Of a stretch of 64,000 nt of DNA, positions 38,283 through 47,069 are shown piece after piece. Origin of the DNA: an uncultured bacterium (GTDB taxonomy: Bacteria; Zixibacteria; MSB-5A5; UBA10806); assembly GCA_965555375.1 (NCBI GenBank), contig CBEWDL010000001.1, forward strand, positions 6,180 through 70,179, written 5' to 3'. Made by a program: the position numbers and the translations under genes. How positions within the stretch are numbered: the first letter of the stretch is position 1; each line of letters starts with the position of its first letter. The notes below the pieces were generated by a model. That model had not been told where the DNA came from. It did not search any database and saw only the letters and a program-made list of their open reading frames with translations.

Positions 38283-39100
38283 AAAAGATTTTGAAGAGCA
38301 AAATTATTGTCGCATCCTTGCTTTTTGTCCTTCTCGATATAATAGGCGGGCTTCTGATCATGGCTCCTCTTCTGGTGTTTTTACGAATTCATTTGGAATA
38401 TACCGGCTCAGCTTTCAAGCTATGGCCGGTGATCTCTCCGGAGGTTTTGTCCGATATTTTGATCAACGATTACCAAGCACTGGTCATGTTCTTCATAGCG
38501 GCGGCAGTGATATATATAGCCTATTTCCCATTGAAGGTCTTCGTTACAGCCGGGATTTACAAAATTATTATTTCCGAGAAGGAAAGCGGCGAGGAAATTG
38601 ATTCAGCACGCACGTTTTTCATAAGATCGGCTGAGATCTGGATCGGATTTGTCAAAGCCGACATTTTTGGAATTCTGGTATATATTGTGGCCTTGTTTCT
38701 CGGGATTGTATTTGGAGGAATTCTGGGACGATTGGGTTTGTTCTGGCGGGCTGTGACGATCCTGTTGTTTTTTCTTCTGGGTTCGACTTATATCCAGATC
38801 TTAAAAATTGCGGTTGCCGGTAATAAAGATACATCGCTGCGCTCTATCATCCGCTGTACGCGGAGTCGCATCGCCGGGTCTTTTCTGCGGCTGGCGCTTG
38901 GTAACGTGGCCGTGGTTTTGATCGGCTTTCTTATTGTGCTGGGTCTCTGGTCTCTGCTGTTATGGACCCGCAGTTATGACTGGAATATCGTTACCGCATC
39001 GCTTTCGGTGATCTTGCAGCAGGGGATGATATTCTTCATCTGCCTGGCGCAGGTTCTTCGGATAAACTTCAACCATTCTGTCATAAGGAAAGGTGAATGA
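38279..39100 (+). CDS. Hypothetical polytopic membrane protein
   Basis: About 6-7 TM segments. ATGA overlap with the peptidase stop. No family recognised. Confidence 0.5.
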   Translation: MKKILKSKIIVASLLFVLLDIIGGLLIMAPLLVFLRIHLEYTGSAFKLWPVISPEVLSDILINDYQALVMFFIAAAVIYIAYFPLKVFVTAGIYKIIISEKESGEEIDSARTFFIRSAEIWIGFVKADIFGILVYIVALFLGIVFGGILGRLGLFWRAVTILLFFLLGSTYIQILKIAVAGNKDTSLRSIIRCTRSRIAGSFLRLALGNVAVVLIGFLIVLGLWSLLLWTRSYDWNIVTASLSVILQQGMIFFICLAQVLRINFNHSVIRKGE

Positions 39101-39824
39101 CATGCTCTGGGAGGAGATGAACTGGACGGAGTTTGAGAAACTCGTCCCTGACAAATATGATACCGCCATCCTGCCCGTGGGGACTGTCGAAGCCCACGGA
39201 GTATCACCTCTGGGCACCGATAATTTGATTCCCCTGGAGATCTGTCGCCGCATAAGTGAGGATCTGAAAGCCATTATAGCTCCGCCTGTTAATTACGGTA
39301 TAACGAGTTCTCTTCTCGGTTACCCGGGCTCGCTTACCGTATCAGCGGAGACATTTGAGAAATATACAAGCGAGCTATTGATTTCGATAGCCGACTGCAA
39401 GTTCGAGAAAATCGTCGTTATAAATGGTCACGGTGGGCAGATTGAACAGTTGGGGAGGGCGGCCCGCGCAGCGTGGCAGGCGAAAAGAGTTAATATCGCT
39501 GTGGTGCACTGGTGGGTTTGCTGTGATGATATCGTCGAAAAGGTCTATAATCGGGCGGGGGGACACGCTGCAACGGATGAAAACGCGGCGGTGCAGGCTT
39601 TCCGGCCGGATCTCATAAAGAAGGACCTGTATTCAGATGATATGGTCTACAACCATCCGAAAGGATTCACTATATTTCCCAATCCTGGAACCATCATCGC
39701 GTTTAAGGAGGGGGCTGGTTACCTTGATTTTGATCAGGGAAAGGCAGAGGAGTATTTCAACGCCGCCGTGGAGCGCGTAAGAGGACATATCCTGGAGATA
39801 TTCAGACGCTGGGATCGGCTATAA
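39093..39824 (+). CDS. Creatininase-family amidohydrolase
   Basis: AILPVGTVEAHG and ...INGHGGQ motifs typical of creatininase-fold metal ligands. 243 aa. Confidence 0.6.
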   Translation: MNDMLWEEMNWTEFEKLVPDKYDTAILPVGTVEAHGVSPLGTDNLIPLEICRRISEDLKAIIAPPVNYGITSSLLGYPGSLTVSAETFEKYTSELLISIADCKFEKIVVINGHGGQIEQLGRAARAAWQAKRVNIAVVHWWVCCDDIVEKVYNRAGGHAATDENAAVQAFRPDLIKKDLYSDDMVYNHPKGFTIFPNPGTIIAFKEGAGYLDFDQGKAEEYFNAAVERVRGHILEIFRRWDRL

Positions 39825-39862
39825 ATTGTGCGGTCATAGCGGACGGGGCACAATAATTGTGC
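39824..39862. promoter_or_regulatory. Candidate operator: 15-bp perfect palindrome GCACAATAATTGTGC plus upstream half-site AATTGTGC
   Basis: Perfect dyad at 39848-39862 with an extra half-site copy at 39824-39831. Lies about 170 bp upstream of the strong promoter of the outer-membrane operon. Confidence 0.35.
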
Positions 39863-40001
39863 ACCGGGTATAACCGCTTCAAGTCTGTGGTATTATTCAA
39901 GTCTATATGCTCTTATCTCTTGCGAGTCAAGCCGCCGATGGCATGCGGTTTGCTTTTATCATATTCCGATAGTTCATTGACAACTGAATCGAGCAAAACA
40001 G

Positions 40002-40030
40002 TTGACAGCCAGAGGGTATTGTCTTACAAT
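40002..40030 (+). promoter_or_regulatory. Near-consensus sigma70 promoter, probably producing a leaderless mRNA
   Basis: TTGACA, 17-nt spacer, TACAAT. Only 6 nt separate the -10 from the ATG at 40037. Confidence 0.45.
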
Positions 40031-40036
40031 CGACGC

Positions 40037-40831
40037 ATGATCTGGAAGGGCGTTTTATCGCTGATGATCGTTCTGACTATACCGGTCGCTGCCCAGTATA
40101 GCACCTCGGATGATTCCCTTTATGCCAATGTGATCGTGCCGCGCGCCGAACTACGCTGGACCATCGACACACCTACAGCCGGCATGCTTCCGCGAGGGAC
40201 TTTCAATTTTGACATGCGGACTTTTCCCACCGGCGGTGTTCAGTCTTCACTCGAAATAGGTCTGGCGGACCGATTTTCCGTGGGCCTCGGATACGGGGCG
40301 TCGAAGGTGCTGACCGATGTCGATCCCGACTGGAATCCAAAGCTTGAATTCCTGCTTAGATATCGTTTGCATGAGGAGGGCGAGGGTATTCCAGCCATAG
40401 CGGTTGGTTATAGTTCTCTCGGATATGGCGCCTACGACTCTGACAAGAACCGATATACGGTTAAATCGCCGGGGTTCTATGTTGCGTTTTCCAAGAACTT
40501 CAAGCTATACGAGAATCCCGCCTCGTTCCACTGGGGGGCAAACTACAGTTTCGAGAACGAAAAGGACAACGATCCCAACGTATTTATGGGGTTTCACGCC
40601 GATACCGGGCCTGGCATGGTCTTTCTGGCCGAATACGATTTCGCCATAAACGATAACAAGCGGGATGATATCTATGGGTTAGGAAGAGGCTTTTTCAATC
40701 TCGGTCTGGCCTGGTATATAACCGATGAGCTGTCGCTGGAGCTCGATCTGAAGAATCTCCTCAGAAACCGCGATGATGCCGAGGCTATCGATCGTGAGGT
40801 GAGGCTGGTTTATGTGGAGTACTTCTATTAA
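40037..40831 (+). CDS. Outer-membrane beta-barrel protein, hypothetical (signal peptide, C-terminal aromatic residue)
   Basis: Signal peptide MIWKGVLSLMIVLTIPVAAQ. Alternating amphipathic strands. Ends ...VEYFY. The ORF track's upstream extension lacks a signal peptide. Confidence 0.5.
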   Translation: MIWKGVLSLMIVLTIPVAAQYSTSDDSLYANVIVPRAELRWTIDTPTAGMLPRGTFNFDMRTFPTGGVQSSLEIGLADRFSVGLGYGASKVLTDVDPDWNPKLEFLLRYRLHEEGEGIPAIAVGYSSLGYGAYDSDKNRYTVKSPGFYVAFSKNFKLYENPASFHWGANYSFENEKDNDPNVFMGFHADTGPGMVFLAEYDFAINDNKRDDIYGLGRGFFNLGLAWYITDELSLELDLKNLLRNRDDAEAIDREVRLVYVEYFY

Positions 40832-40844
40832 TTCGGGAGCGGTT

Positions 40845-41333
40845 ATGAAAAGGATCGTAATTGCCGCCCTGATGGCGGTATTTTTTTCGGTGGTTTTTTC
40901 AGGATGTTATACCCAGCTAAAAGGCCCGGGGCCGGAGACGGGCGAGCGAATATATCGTGACTATACCTACTATGACGATTACTATTGGTACGGGGACTAT
41001 TATTACAGTCCCTATTACTACCGATCGGGATGGCTCAGTCCGTATTTCTATGGTTATCCGTACTATAGCTATGGATTTTTCTATTCTCCATGGTGGTATG
41101 ATCCCGGGTATTATTATGGCGATGGGGATCGTATTCGTTCGGATAAGTCAATAAGATATCGCCGCAAAGATACGGGCACGTCGCCGGGAGGTTTTACATC
41201 GCCGCCCCTGATACCGGGAGGAAGCGGCGGGACAGTCTCCCAGCCTGTTCGCACGAAAACATCCACGGCTGGCAGCGGGCAGGCTGACAAGCAGACCCGT
41301 TCAGCAGGTAAATCCACTCGACTCAGAAGATAG
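40845..41333 (+). CDS. Tyr/Gly aromatic-rich low-complexity lipoprotein (YxYGxY-type repeats) with Ser/Gly/Thr-rich basic tail
   Basis: Signal peptide plus lipobox (FSGC). About 30 Tyr in about 70 residues, e.g. YYWYGDYYYSPYYYRSGWLSPYFYGYPYYSYGFFYSPWWYDPGYYYG. Confidence 0.6.
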   Translation: MKRIVIAALMAVFFSVVFSGCYTQLKGPGPETGERIYRDYTYYDDYYWYGDYYYSPYYYRSGWLSPYFYGYPYYSYGFFYSPWWYDPGYYYGDGDRIRSDKSIRYRRKDTGTSPGGFTSPPLIPGGSGGTVSQPVRTKTSTAGSGQADKQTRSAGKSTRLRR

Positions 41334-41343
41334 GGAGGATGCG

Positions 41344-42636
41344 ATGCTAATCAGAAAATCCGGTTATTCACGCATGTTTCAGATAGCTCTGGCTTTCGCA
41401 ATTATGGTTACCTCAACTGCCTCCGCGCAATTTTTGTACGATCCGCTTGTGGTTTACGAATCGTTCACGGAGAATGGCGTTTTGCCCGGCGCCCGGGCGG
41501 CGGCCATGGGTGGGGCACAAATCGCCGCCGGCACCGACGGTTCGGCGTTATGGTACAACCCGGCCTTGCTAACGAGGATCAGGCACAACGAGATCTCAGG
41601 CACTTTAACGCATCAGATATTCTCCAATGAAACCTCACTGCTGGGCGGAGTCAGGCAGGAAGCAGAGGTTAGCAACACCAGGCTGGGAAGCCTCTGGGGA
41701 ATATTTCCCGTGCCGACTTACCGGGGCGGCCTGACTCTTGGAATCTCAGTAAACAGGATTAGAAGCTTCGATAGGGTATTCAGGTATGCATCGAGCAATA
41801 ACTGGTTGAGTGATCCCACAGGCAACGATGGCTGGGGTGGCGGAGAGGATGAAAACGGCAGCCTCTGGGCCTGGTCTTTCGGAGGGGCGGTCGAGATTTC
41901 GCCCAAAGCATCCATAGGATTGTCTCTCGATATCTATGACGGCGACGATAGCTGGACTTTCTTCTTCGATTCGACATCTGTTTCGGATAATTACAGGTAT
42001 AGCTATCAACACACGATCATGGATGACTATACGGGGATTTCGGGGAAGGTCGGTATTACCTATGTGGTCAATAATCATCTCAATCTTTCAGGAGTAATCG
42101 GCTTTCCGACCTCCATAACGATCGATCAGACCAGCGATGTTCTGGAGTTCGACAACCAGGGGTTTGACGAGGCCGATTACAGCTCGGCGTCGTACAGATA
42201 TACTCTGCCTTTCAGGTTCGAAGCCGGCGGAGCGCTCAGATATGAGGATTTGACTCTGGCCGGTGATATCGGCTATACCGATTACACTCAGCTTGAATAT
42301 CGCTCGGGCCTGTTCGACCTGGCCGGGCTTAACCAGACGGTGAAGAGATATTATGACGATGTTTTCACATATCACGTGGGGGCCGAATATTTTGTTCGCT
42401 CCGCCGGTATCCGCTTGAGGGCCGGTTACTACCAGGACCCGATACCCTTCACCGGTTATCCTATCGAGACCGAGCCTCATTTCTTTACATTTGGAGCCGG
42501 TTTCATTGTCGACCGCTCGGTTAATATCGATCTGGCGTATCTGATGGGATCGTGGGAGCGGGATGATCCGTCCATCGGCAGTTCGGAAAAGTATAGCGCT
42601 CAGAGGTTTATGGTAACGGTATCGTATCGGTTGTAG
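41344..42636 (+). CDS. FadL / PorV-like outer-membrane beta-barrel protein
   Basis: Signal peptide. N-terminal GARAAAMGGAQIAAGTDGSALWYNPALL motif typical of the FadL/OmpP1/PorV superfamily. Ends ...SYRL. Confidence 0.55.
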   Translation: MLIRKSGYSRMFQIALAFAIMVTSTASAQFLYDPLVVYESFTENGVLPGARAAAMGGAQIAAGTDGSALWYNPALLTRIRHNEISGTLTHQIFSNETSLLGGVRQEAEVSNTRLGSLWGIFPVPTYRGGLTLGISVNRIRSFDRVFRYASSNNWLSDPTGNDGWGGGEDENGSLWAWSFGGAVEISPKASIGLSLDIYDGDDSWTFFFDSTSVSDNYRYSYQHTIMDDYTGISGKVGITYVVNNHLNLSGVIGFPTSITIDQTSDVLEFDNQGFDEADYSSASYRYTLPFRFEAGGALRYEDLTLAGDIGYTDYTQLEYRSGLFDLAGLNQTVKRYYDDVFTYHVGAEYFVRSAGIRLRAGYYQDPIPFTGYPIETEPHFFTFGAGFIVDRSVNIDLAYLMGSWERDDPSIGSSEKYSAQRFMVTVSYRL

Positions 42637-42654
42637 GTGGGGAAGGGAATTGCT

Positions 42655-42690
42655 CCGCCGCCGCGCCAGCGCCTGCGGCGGCTTTTTTTT
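42655..42690 (+). terminator. Rho-independent terminator
   Basis: GCCGCCGC, 10-nt loop, GCGGCGGC, then TTTTTTTT, immediately after the 41344-42636 gene. Confidence 0.7.
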
Positions 42691-42702
42691 GAATCAAACT
42701 GA

Positions 42703-43239
42703 TTATCTTGCCGGATTTCCGAGTTGCGTTCTATATGTTTGTCTTACCTCCCTTAAAAATTCAACAGCTAGCTGCTGGGAATAATCGGGGTATGTCCAGG
42801 GGTGGGTAACAAATTCTCCCTTTATAAATCTCATTGTAACCTCGGCCCAGATATTATCCCGAAGATATATCCTGTGTGAGAAGTTTTTAGTCGAGGCCAG
42901 CACCAGTTTCGATTCCTCGAGATAACCGGGATCGAGATTAACCATCCTCCTGCCGTTTTGTGAAAATGCTTTCTCAATCGAGATTGTTGCATTCTTGATA
43001 TCAGCCAGTCTACCCGGTTGTATCAGCTCCTCGAATGAATAAAACTGCTTGGTGAGATTATCTCCCATCTCGTCTTTATAATAATCGGTGAAGTTGAAGG
43101 CGAACGGTCTGGATTTCAAATCGATCAAACCGAAACGGGATATTAATTCATTATCCAGCCGATCAAGGTCGGCGGCGCCCTGATATAAGACGCCGCAGAT
43201 GAGCTTTACCGGTTTGATTTCAGGTTTTGCTCCGGGCAT
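42703..43239 (-). CDS. DUF4416-like hypothetical protein
   Basis: 178 aa soluble protein. Family assignment from memory of length and composition only. Confidence 0.45.
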   Translation of the reverse strand: MPGAKPEIKPVKLICGVLYQGAADLDRLDNELISRFGLIDLKSRPFAFNFTDYYKDEMGDNLTKQFYSFEELIQPGRLADIKNATISIEKAFSQNGRRMVNLDPGYLEESKLVLASTKNFSHRIYLRDNIWAEVTMRFIKGEFVTHPWTYPDYSQQLAVEFLREVRQTYRTQLGNPAR

Positions 43240-43930
43240 TAGCGCAGGCCTTCACGCAGAGTCCGCATATATGCACGTTGTAATCATTTTCTCTTGCGAA
43301 CTTCTTAACCTGTTCGTAGCATTTATCGAAATCAAAATTGTTTTCGCCTATGGCCTCCGCCGGGCAGGCAATTATGCAGGCGCGGCAGTCGCCGCAATCA
43401 CCGGATACGGGAGAGTCGGTTTTAAGCGGAATATCGGTTAAGATAGTAGCGAGCCTGACTCCGGCGCCGTAGTCGGGATGTATCAAAAGATTGTTCCGGC
43501 CCAGAAAACCCAGACCGGCCTCTATGGCCACGTGGCGATGAGATATATGAGAATTCTGTTTCTTCCAGTCGATCACGAATGAGGCGGCAATTGGAATGGC
43601 GTTGTATCCTCTTCGCTGAATGAATCCCGTGGTTAGCGCGGTGATGTAATCTAAAAGTGAGTTTACCTGTCGGTAATGGGTTTTATAAATCTGGTTTGGC
43701 CGGTTGACGATAGCGTTCAACACGGATCGCATCAGCCTGATCCCGATGCTTATGGCAAATGGCAGTCTCGAAGCCTCGTCGCTCAATTCGGGATCGATAT
43801 GATCTTTGATCTTAGCGGTTTGGGCCACGCCGAAAAGGTCAGCTCCCCGGTCGGATACGTAACTTCTCAATAGCTCATAGTTTTCATCTTTCATGGCTTG
43901 CAAATTAACAGTCCAATGGATTCCTGTCAA
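43220..43930 (-). CDS. QueG-like (epoxyqueuosine reductase family) 4Fe-4S protein, short form lacking the C-terminal HEAT region
   Basis: AGLGFLGRNNLLIHPDYGAGVRLATILTDIPL resembles the QueG DUF1730 core. CGDCRACIIACP and ICGLCVKAC ferredoxin motifs. Confidence 0.5.
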   Translation of the reverse strand: MTGIHWTVNLQAMKDENYELLRSYVSDRGADLFGVAQTAKIKDHIDPELSDEASRLPFAISIGIRLMRSVLNAIVNRPNQIYKTHYRQVNSLLDYITALTTGFIQRRGYNAIPIAASFVIDWKKQNSHISHRHVAIEAGLGFLGRNNLLIHPDYGAGVRLATILTDIPLKTDSPVSGDCGDCRACIIACPAEAIGENNFDFDKCYEQVKKFARENDYNVHICGLCVKACANARSKT

Positions 43931-44010
43931 TTGGGAACCTATAAATCGTTGACACCCTGCGCATTTTGATTTAACTTCGAGTCCGCAATAATGGCGTAGA
44001 TGGAGGATCG

Positions 44011-45666
44011 ATGAACCTGAGTAATATAAAAGCCCCTCGCGGTAAAACCATCTCCTGCAAAAGCTGGCAGCAGGAGGGAGCTATGAGGATGCTTTTAAAC
44101 AACCTCGACTCGGAGGTTGCTGAAAGACCGGAGGAGCTGGTTGTTTACGGCGGTACGGGCAAGGCGGCCAGAAACAGGGAATGTCTGGAGGCGATTTTAG
44201 AATCGTTGAAATCTCTTGAGAACGACGAAACGCTTCTGGTTCAATCCGGCAAACCGGTTGGGATTTTCAAAACGCATGAGTATTCCCCCAGGGTTCTGAT
44301 AGCCAATTCGAACCTGGTTCCCAACTGGGCTACCTGGGAGGTCTTCAGAGAGCTTGATAAACTCGGGCTGATCATGTACGGCCAGATGACTGCGGGGTCG
44401 TGGATTTATATCGGGACGCAGGGGATACTGCAGGGAACATACGAGACTTTCGCCGCCGCTGGCCAGAAACATTTTAAAAGCGATCTGTCCGGCAAGTTCA
44501 TTTTAACCGGCGGCATGGGGGGTATGGGAGGTGCCCAGCCTCTGGCAGCGACCATGAACGGGGGAGCCATTCTGGTGGTGGAGGTCGATGAAGCTCGCAT
44601 TGACCGCAGGATAGCCACCGGCTATTGCGATAAAAAGACCACATCCCTGGATGAAGCATTGAAATGGATCGACGATGCCGTGAAATCCAGGTCGCCGCTG
44701 TCGGTGGGGTTGGTCGGCAATTGCGCCGATATCGTCCCGCAGCTGGTGAAAAGAGACGTGGTCCCGGATATCGTCACCGATCAGACATCGGCGCACGATG
44801 AGCTGAACGGCTATGTGCCGCACGGAATTCCGTATGAGGAAGTCTTAAAATTAAGAAAATCGAATCCCGATAAATATGTTAAGATGTCTTTCGATTCTAT
44901 GGCTGTTCACACGCAGGCGATTCTGGATCTGCAGAAGAAAGGTTCGATCTGTTTCGATTACGGCAACAATCTTCGCGGGCAGGCGCAGAAGGCCGGAGTC
45001 AAGAACGCCTTCGATTATCCGGGGTTCGTGCCGGCTTATATCCGTCCGCTGTTCTGCGAGGGCAAAGGGCCGTTCAGGTGGGCCGCTCTCTCCGGCGATC
45101 CGAACGATATCGCGGTGACCGACGCCGCTGTATTGCGTTTATTCCCTGAAAATGAACGTCTGACACGCTGGATAAAACTGGCCTCGGAAAAAGTCAGGTT
45201 CCAGGGGCTTCCGGCCCGGATATGCTGGTTGGGGTATGGCGAACGGGACAAGCTTGGATTGGAGTTCAATAAACTCGTTCGTGAGGGCAAGATCTCGGCG
45301 CCTATTGTGATCGGGCGGGATCATCTCGATTGCGGCTCGGTAGCCTCGCCCAACCGCGAGACGGAGGCCATGAAGGACGGCTCCGACGCTATCGCCGACT
45401 GGCCGCTACTGAATGCCATGCTTAATACGGCTTCGGGGGCGTCATGGGTATCGATTCATCATGGCGGCGGGGTCGGCATGGGCCTGGCAATCCACGCCGG
45501 ACAGGTGCTGGTCTGCGACGGCACAGAGGGGATGGATATCCGCATCGAGCGGGTTTTGACAAACGATCCCGGTGTCGGCATAGCTCGCCATGCAGACGCC
45601 GGCTATGAGGAGGCTATCAAAGTAGCCGACATAAAGGGCGTGAAGATACCGATGAGGGGGAAATAG
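44011..45666 (+). CDS. hutU: Urocanate hydratase
   Basis: 551 aa. [57 protein letters not shown]. Confidence 0.95.
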   Translation: MNLSNIKAPRGKTISCKSWQQEGAMRMLLNNLDSEVAERPEELVVYGGTGKAARNRECLEAILESLKSLENDETLLVQSGKPVGIFKTHEYSPRVLIANSNLVPNWATWEVFRELDKLGLIMYGQMTAGSWIYIGTQGILQGTYETFAAAGQKHFKSDLSGKFILTGGMGGMGGAQPLAATMNGGAILVVEVDEARIDRRIATGYCDKKTTSLDEALKWIDDAVKSRSPLSVGLVGNCADIVPQLVKRDVVPDIVTDQTSAHDELNGYVPHGIPYEEVLKLRKSNPDKYVKMSFDSMAVHTQAILDLQKKGSICFDYGNNLRGQAQKAGVKNAFDYPGFVPAYIRPLFCEGKGPFRWAALSGDPNDIAVTDAAVLRLFPENERLTRWIKLASEKVRFQGLPARICWLGYGERDKLGLEFNKLVREGKISAPIVIGRDHLDCGSVASPNRETEAMKDGSDAIADWPLLNAMLNTASGASWVSIHHGGGVGMGLAIHAGQVLVCDGTEGMDIRIERVLTNDPGVGIARHADAGYEEAIKVADIKGVKIPMRGK

Positions 45667-45677
45667 ACGGCTCCGGC

Positions 45678-45701
45678 CTGTCAGGAAAGGGTTCCTGACA
45701 G
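45678..45701. repeat. REP element (palindromic hairpin) downstream of hutU
   Basis: CTGTCAGGAA-AGGG-TTCCTGACAG followed by GCGCG. Confidence 0.6.
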
Positions 45702-45721
45702 CGCGAGTAATATCTAATGTC

Positions 45722-46030
45722 ATGAGCAGGACTGGAAAAAACCACTACCTGATAATATATCGTCCTCCGAGAGCGAGCTTTGCGGAGGATGCCACGCCGA
45801 AGGAGACCGCCGTAATCGAACGGCATTTCGAGTATCTGAAGAATAAGCTGGCAGACGGTTCCCTTATCATGGCCGGGCGAACCGAGAATAGGAGTTTCGG
45901 CATCGCCGTCATTCAAGCCGACAGCGAGGGGATGGCGAGAGAGATAATGGCCAACGACCCGGCGGTGAAGGAGGGGGTATTCACCGGCGAGCTTCTGCCC
46001 TTCAGGCTGGCGCTGGGGGGCGGGGAGTGA
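45722..46030 (+). CDS. YciI-like protein
   Basis: 102 aa. YLIIYRP...LIMAGRTEN...GIAVIQADSEGMAREIMANDP pattern of the YciI/Dabb fold. Confidence 0.6.
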   Translation: MSRTGKNHYLIIYRPPRASFAEDATPKETAVIERHFEYLKNKLADGSLIMAGRTENRSFGIAVIQADSEGMAREIMANDPAVKEGVFTGELLPFRLALGGGE

Positions 46031-46045
46031 CTGTAAGGCTAAGAA

Positions 46046-46092
46046 CCGTCAGGAAAGGCCTATGGTTCGTATGAGGTTCCTGACGGCGCGGG
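46046..46092. repeat. REP element, long-loop variant
   Basis: CCGTCAGGAA ... TTCCTGACGG with a 21-nt loop, followed by CGCGGG. Confidence 0.6.
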
Positions 46093-46124
46093 ACGGGAAA
46101 GTTCCGGTATGAGGATGTGAATGT

Positions 46125-46158
46125 GCCGTCAGGAAAGGATTCCTGACGGCGCGGGGGG
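46125..46158. repeat. REP element
   Basis: GCCGTCAGGAA-AGGA-TTCCTGACGGC followed by GCGGGGGG. Confidence 0.6.
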
Positions 46159-46216
46159 ATGATCAAGGATAATCCAGGCAAACCATGAGTCCAGGAGAAA
46201 GATAGACCAACGGGGC

Positions 46217-46242
46217 GGGGTCAGGAACCCCTTCCTGACCCC
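46217..46242. repeat. REP element, inverted orientation / variant
   Basis: GGGGTCAGGAA-CCCC-TTCCTGACCCC. The loop is the complement of the other copies. Confidence 0.55.
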
Positions 46243-46244
46243 TC

Positions 46245-46844
46245 ATGGGAAAAAGTATGAGAGGCAGAAAACGAAATAATTTTGAAAGACACGGCGATCT
46301 ATTCTTCGTCACTTCAACAGTTGTAGGATTTGCCAGAATCTTTGAATTGAAGTATATGTGCGATATAATGATTGAAAACCTGAATTATTATCAGAATAGG
46401 GGTGATTTCACCATCATCGCTTATGTCATAATGCCGGATCATTTTCATCTTATCATAAAAACCGACAAGGGCTTATCAATATCACAATGTATCGGAAATC
46501 TCAAGCGAATCACTTCAAGAAAGATAACTTCGGAATTAGAGAAACAAGGGAATAAAAAGCTATTATCATCCCTTAGCAAAAACGCCTTGTTGGAACCGTC
46601 GTCGGATAGCAGAGTATGGAAATATCGGTTTGACTCTTTCGTCATTACAAATGAGGATACCTTACGCCGGAAGATTCAATATATTCATAATAATCCGGTA
46701 ACGTCCGGCCTGGTTTCGGAACCGACGGAATGGCGATATACAAGCGCCCGAAATTATGCGGGGCTGGATGATGTCTTGATTCCGGTTGATGTCGAATGGA
46801 GATGTTTGGATTACGGCTTTGTGCCGTCAGGAAAGGGTTCCTGA
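46245..46844 (+). CDS. REP-associated tyrosine transposase (RAYT; IS200/IS605 TnpA-like HuH Y1 transposase)
   Basis: HuH motif IMPDHFHLII. Catalytic Tyr region KIQYIHNNPVTSGLV. 199 aa. The stop codon lies inside the downstream REP. Confidence 0.7.
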   Translation: MGKSMRGRKRNNFERHGDLFFVTSTVVGFARIFELKYMCDIMIENLNYYQNRGDFTIIAYVIMPDHFHLIIKTDKGLSISQCIGNLKRITSRKITSELEKQGNKKLLSSLSKNALLEPSSDSRVWKYRFDSFVITNEDTLRRKIQYIHNNPVTSGLVSEPTEWRYTSARNYAGLDDVLIPVDVEWRCLDYGFVPSGKGS

Positions 46845-46855
46845 CGGCGCGGGGG
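46823..46855. repeat. REP element overlapping the RAYT stop codon
   Basis: GCCGTCAGGAA-AGGG-TTCCTGACGGC followed by GCGGGGG. The TGA stop of the transposase is within the right arm. Confidence 0.6.
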
Positions 46856-46868
46856 AGTGCACAAATTG

Positions 46869-46893
46869 GCGGTTACGGCAAGCCGTGACTCGC
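46869..46893. repeat. Hairpin-2 element (second copy)
   Basis: GCGGTTACGGCAAGCCGTGACTCGC versus GCGGTCATGGCAAGCCATGACTCGC at 7977. Stem T-A to C-G compensatory change. Confidence 0.4.
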
Positions 46894-47069
46894 AGGCTAA
46901 GGGTCTTGGTCCTGAGGGGAATCTGGTGAATAAACCAGATAACGGGATTGCTGTAGTTCAGATAAAATATGACGAGAATGGTGATTTTTTGGAAAAGAGA
47001 TATTATGACGCTGATATGGTGCTTTCCGTAGTATCCTATGAAGATAGCAGTGATGCAAGGTAGGTCTAT

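Larger units (their letters stand above)
46046..46855 (+). mobile_element. RAYT-REP unit (REP-associated tyrosine transposase flanked by cognate REP hairpins) inserted between hutU/yciI and hutI
   Basis: Three REPs upstream and one overlapping the 3-prime end of an IS200/IS605-like Y1 transposase gene. A further REP lies behind hutU. Confidence 0.6.

Noticed and set aside
46857-47063. 68-aa ORF between the RAYT and hutI
   Set aside because: Starts with GTG inside a REP element and runs across the hairpin-2 repeat. No RBS. More likely non-coding repeat-associated sequence, though a short remnant peptide cannot be excluded.
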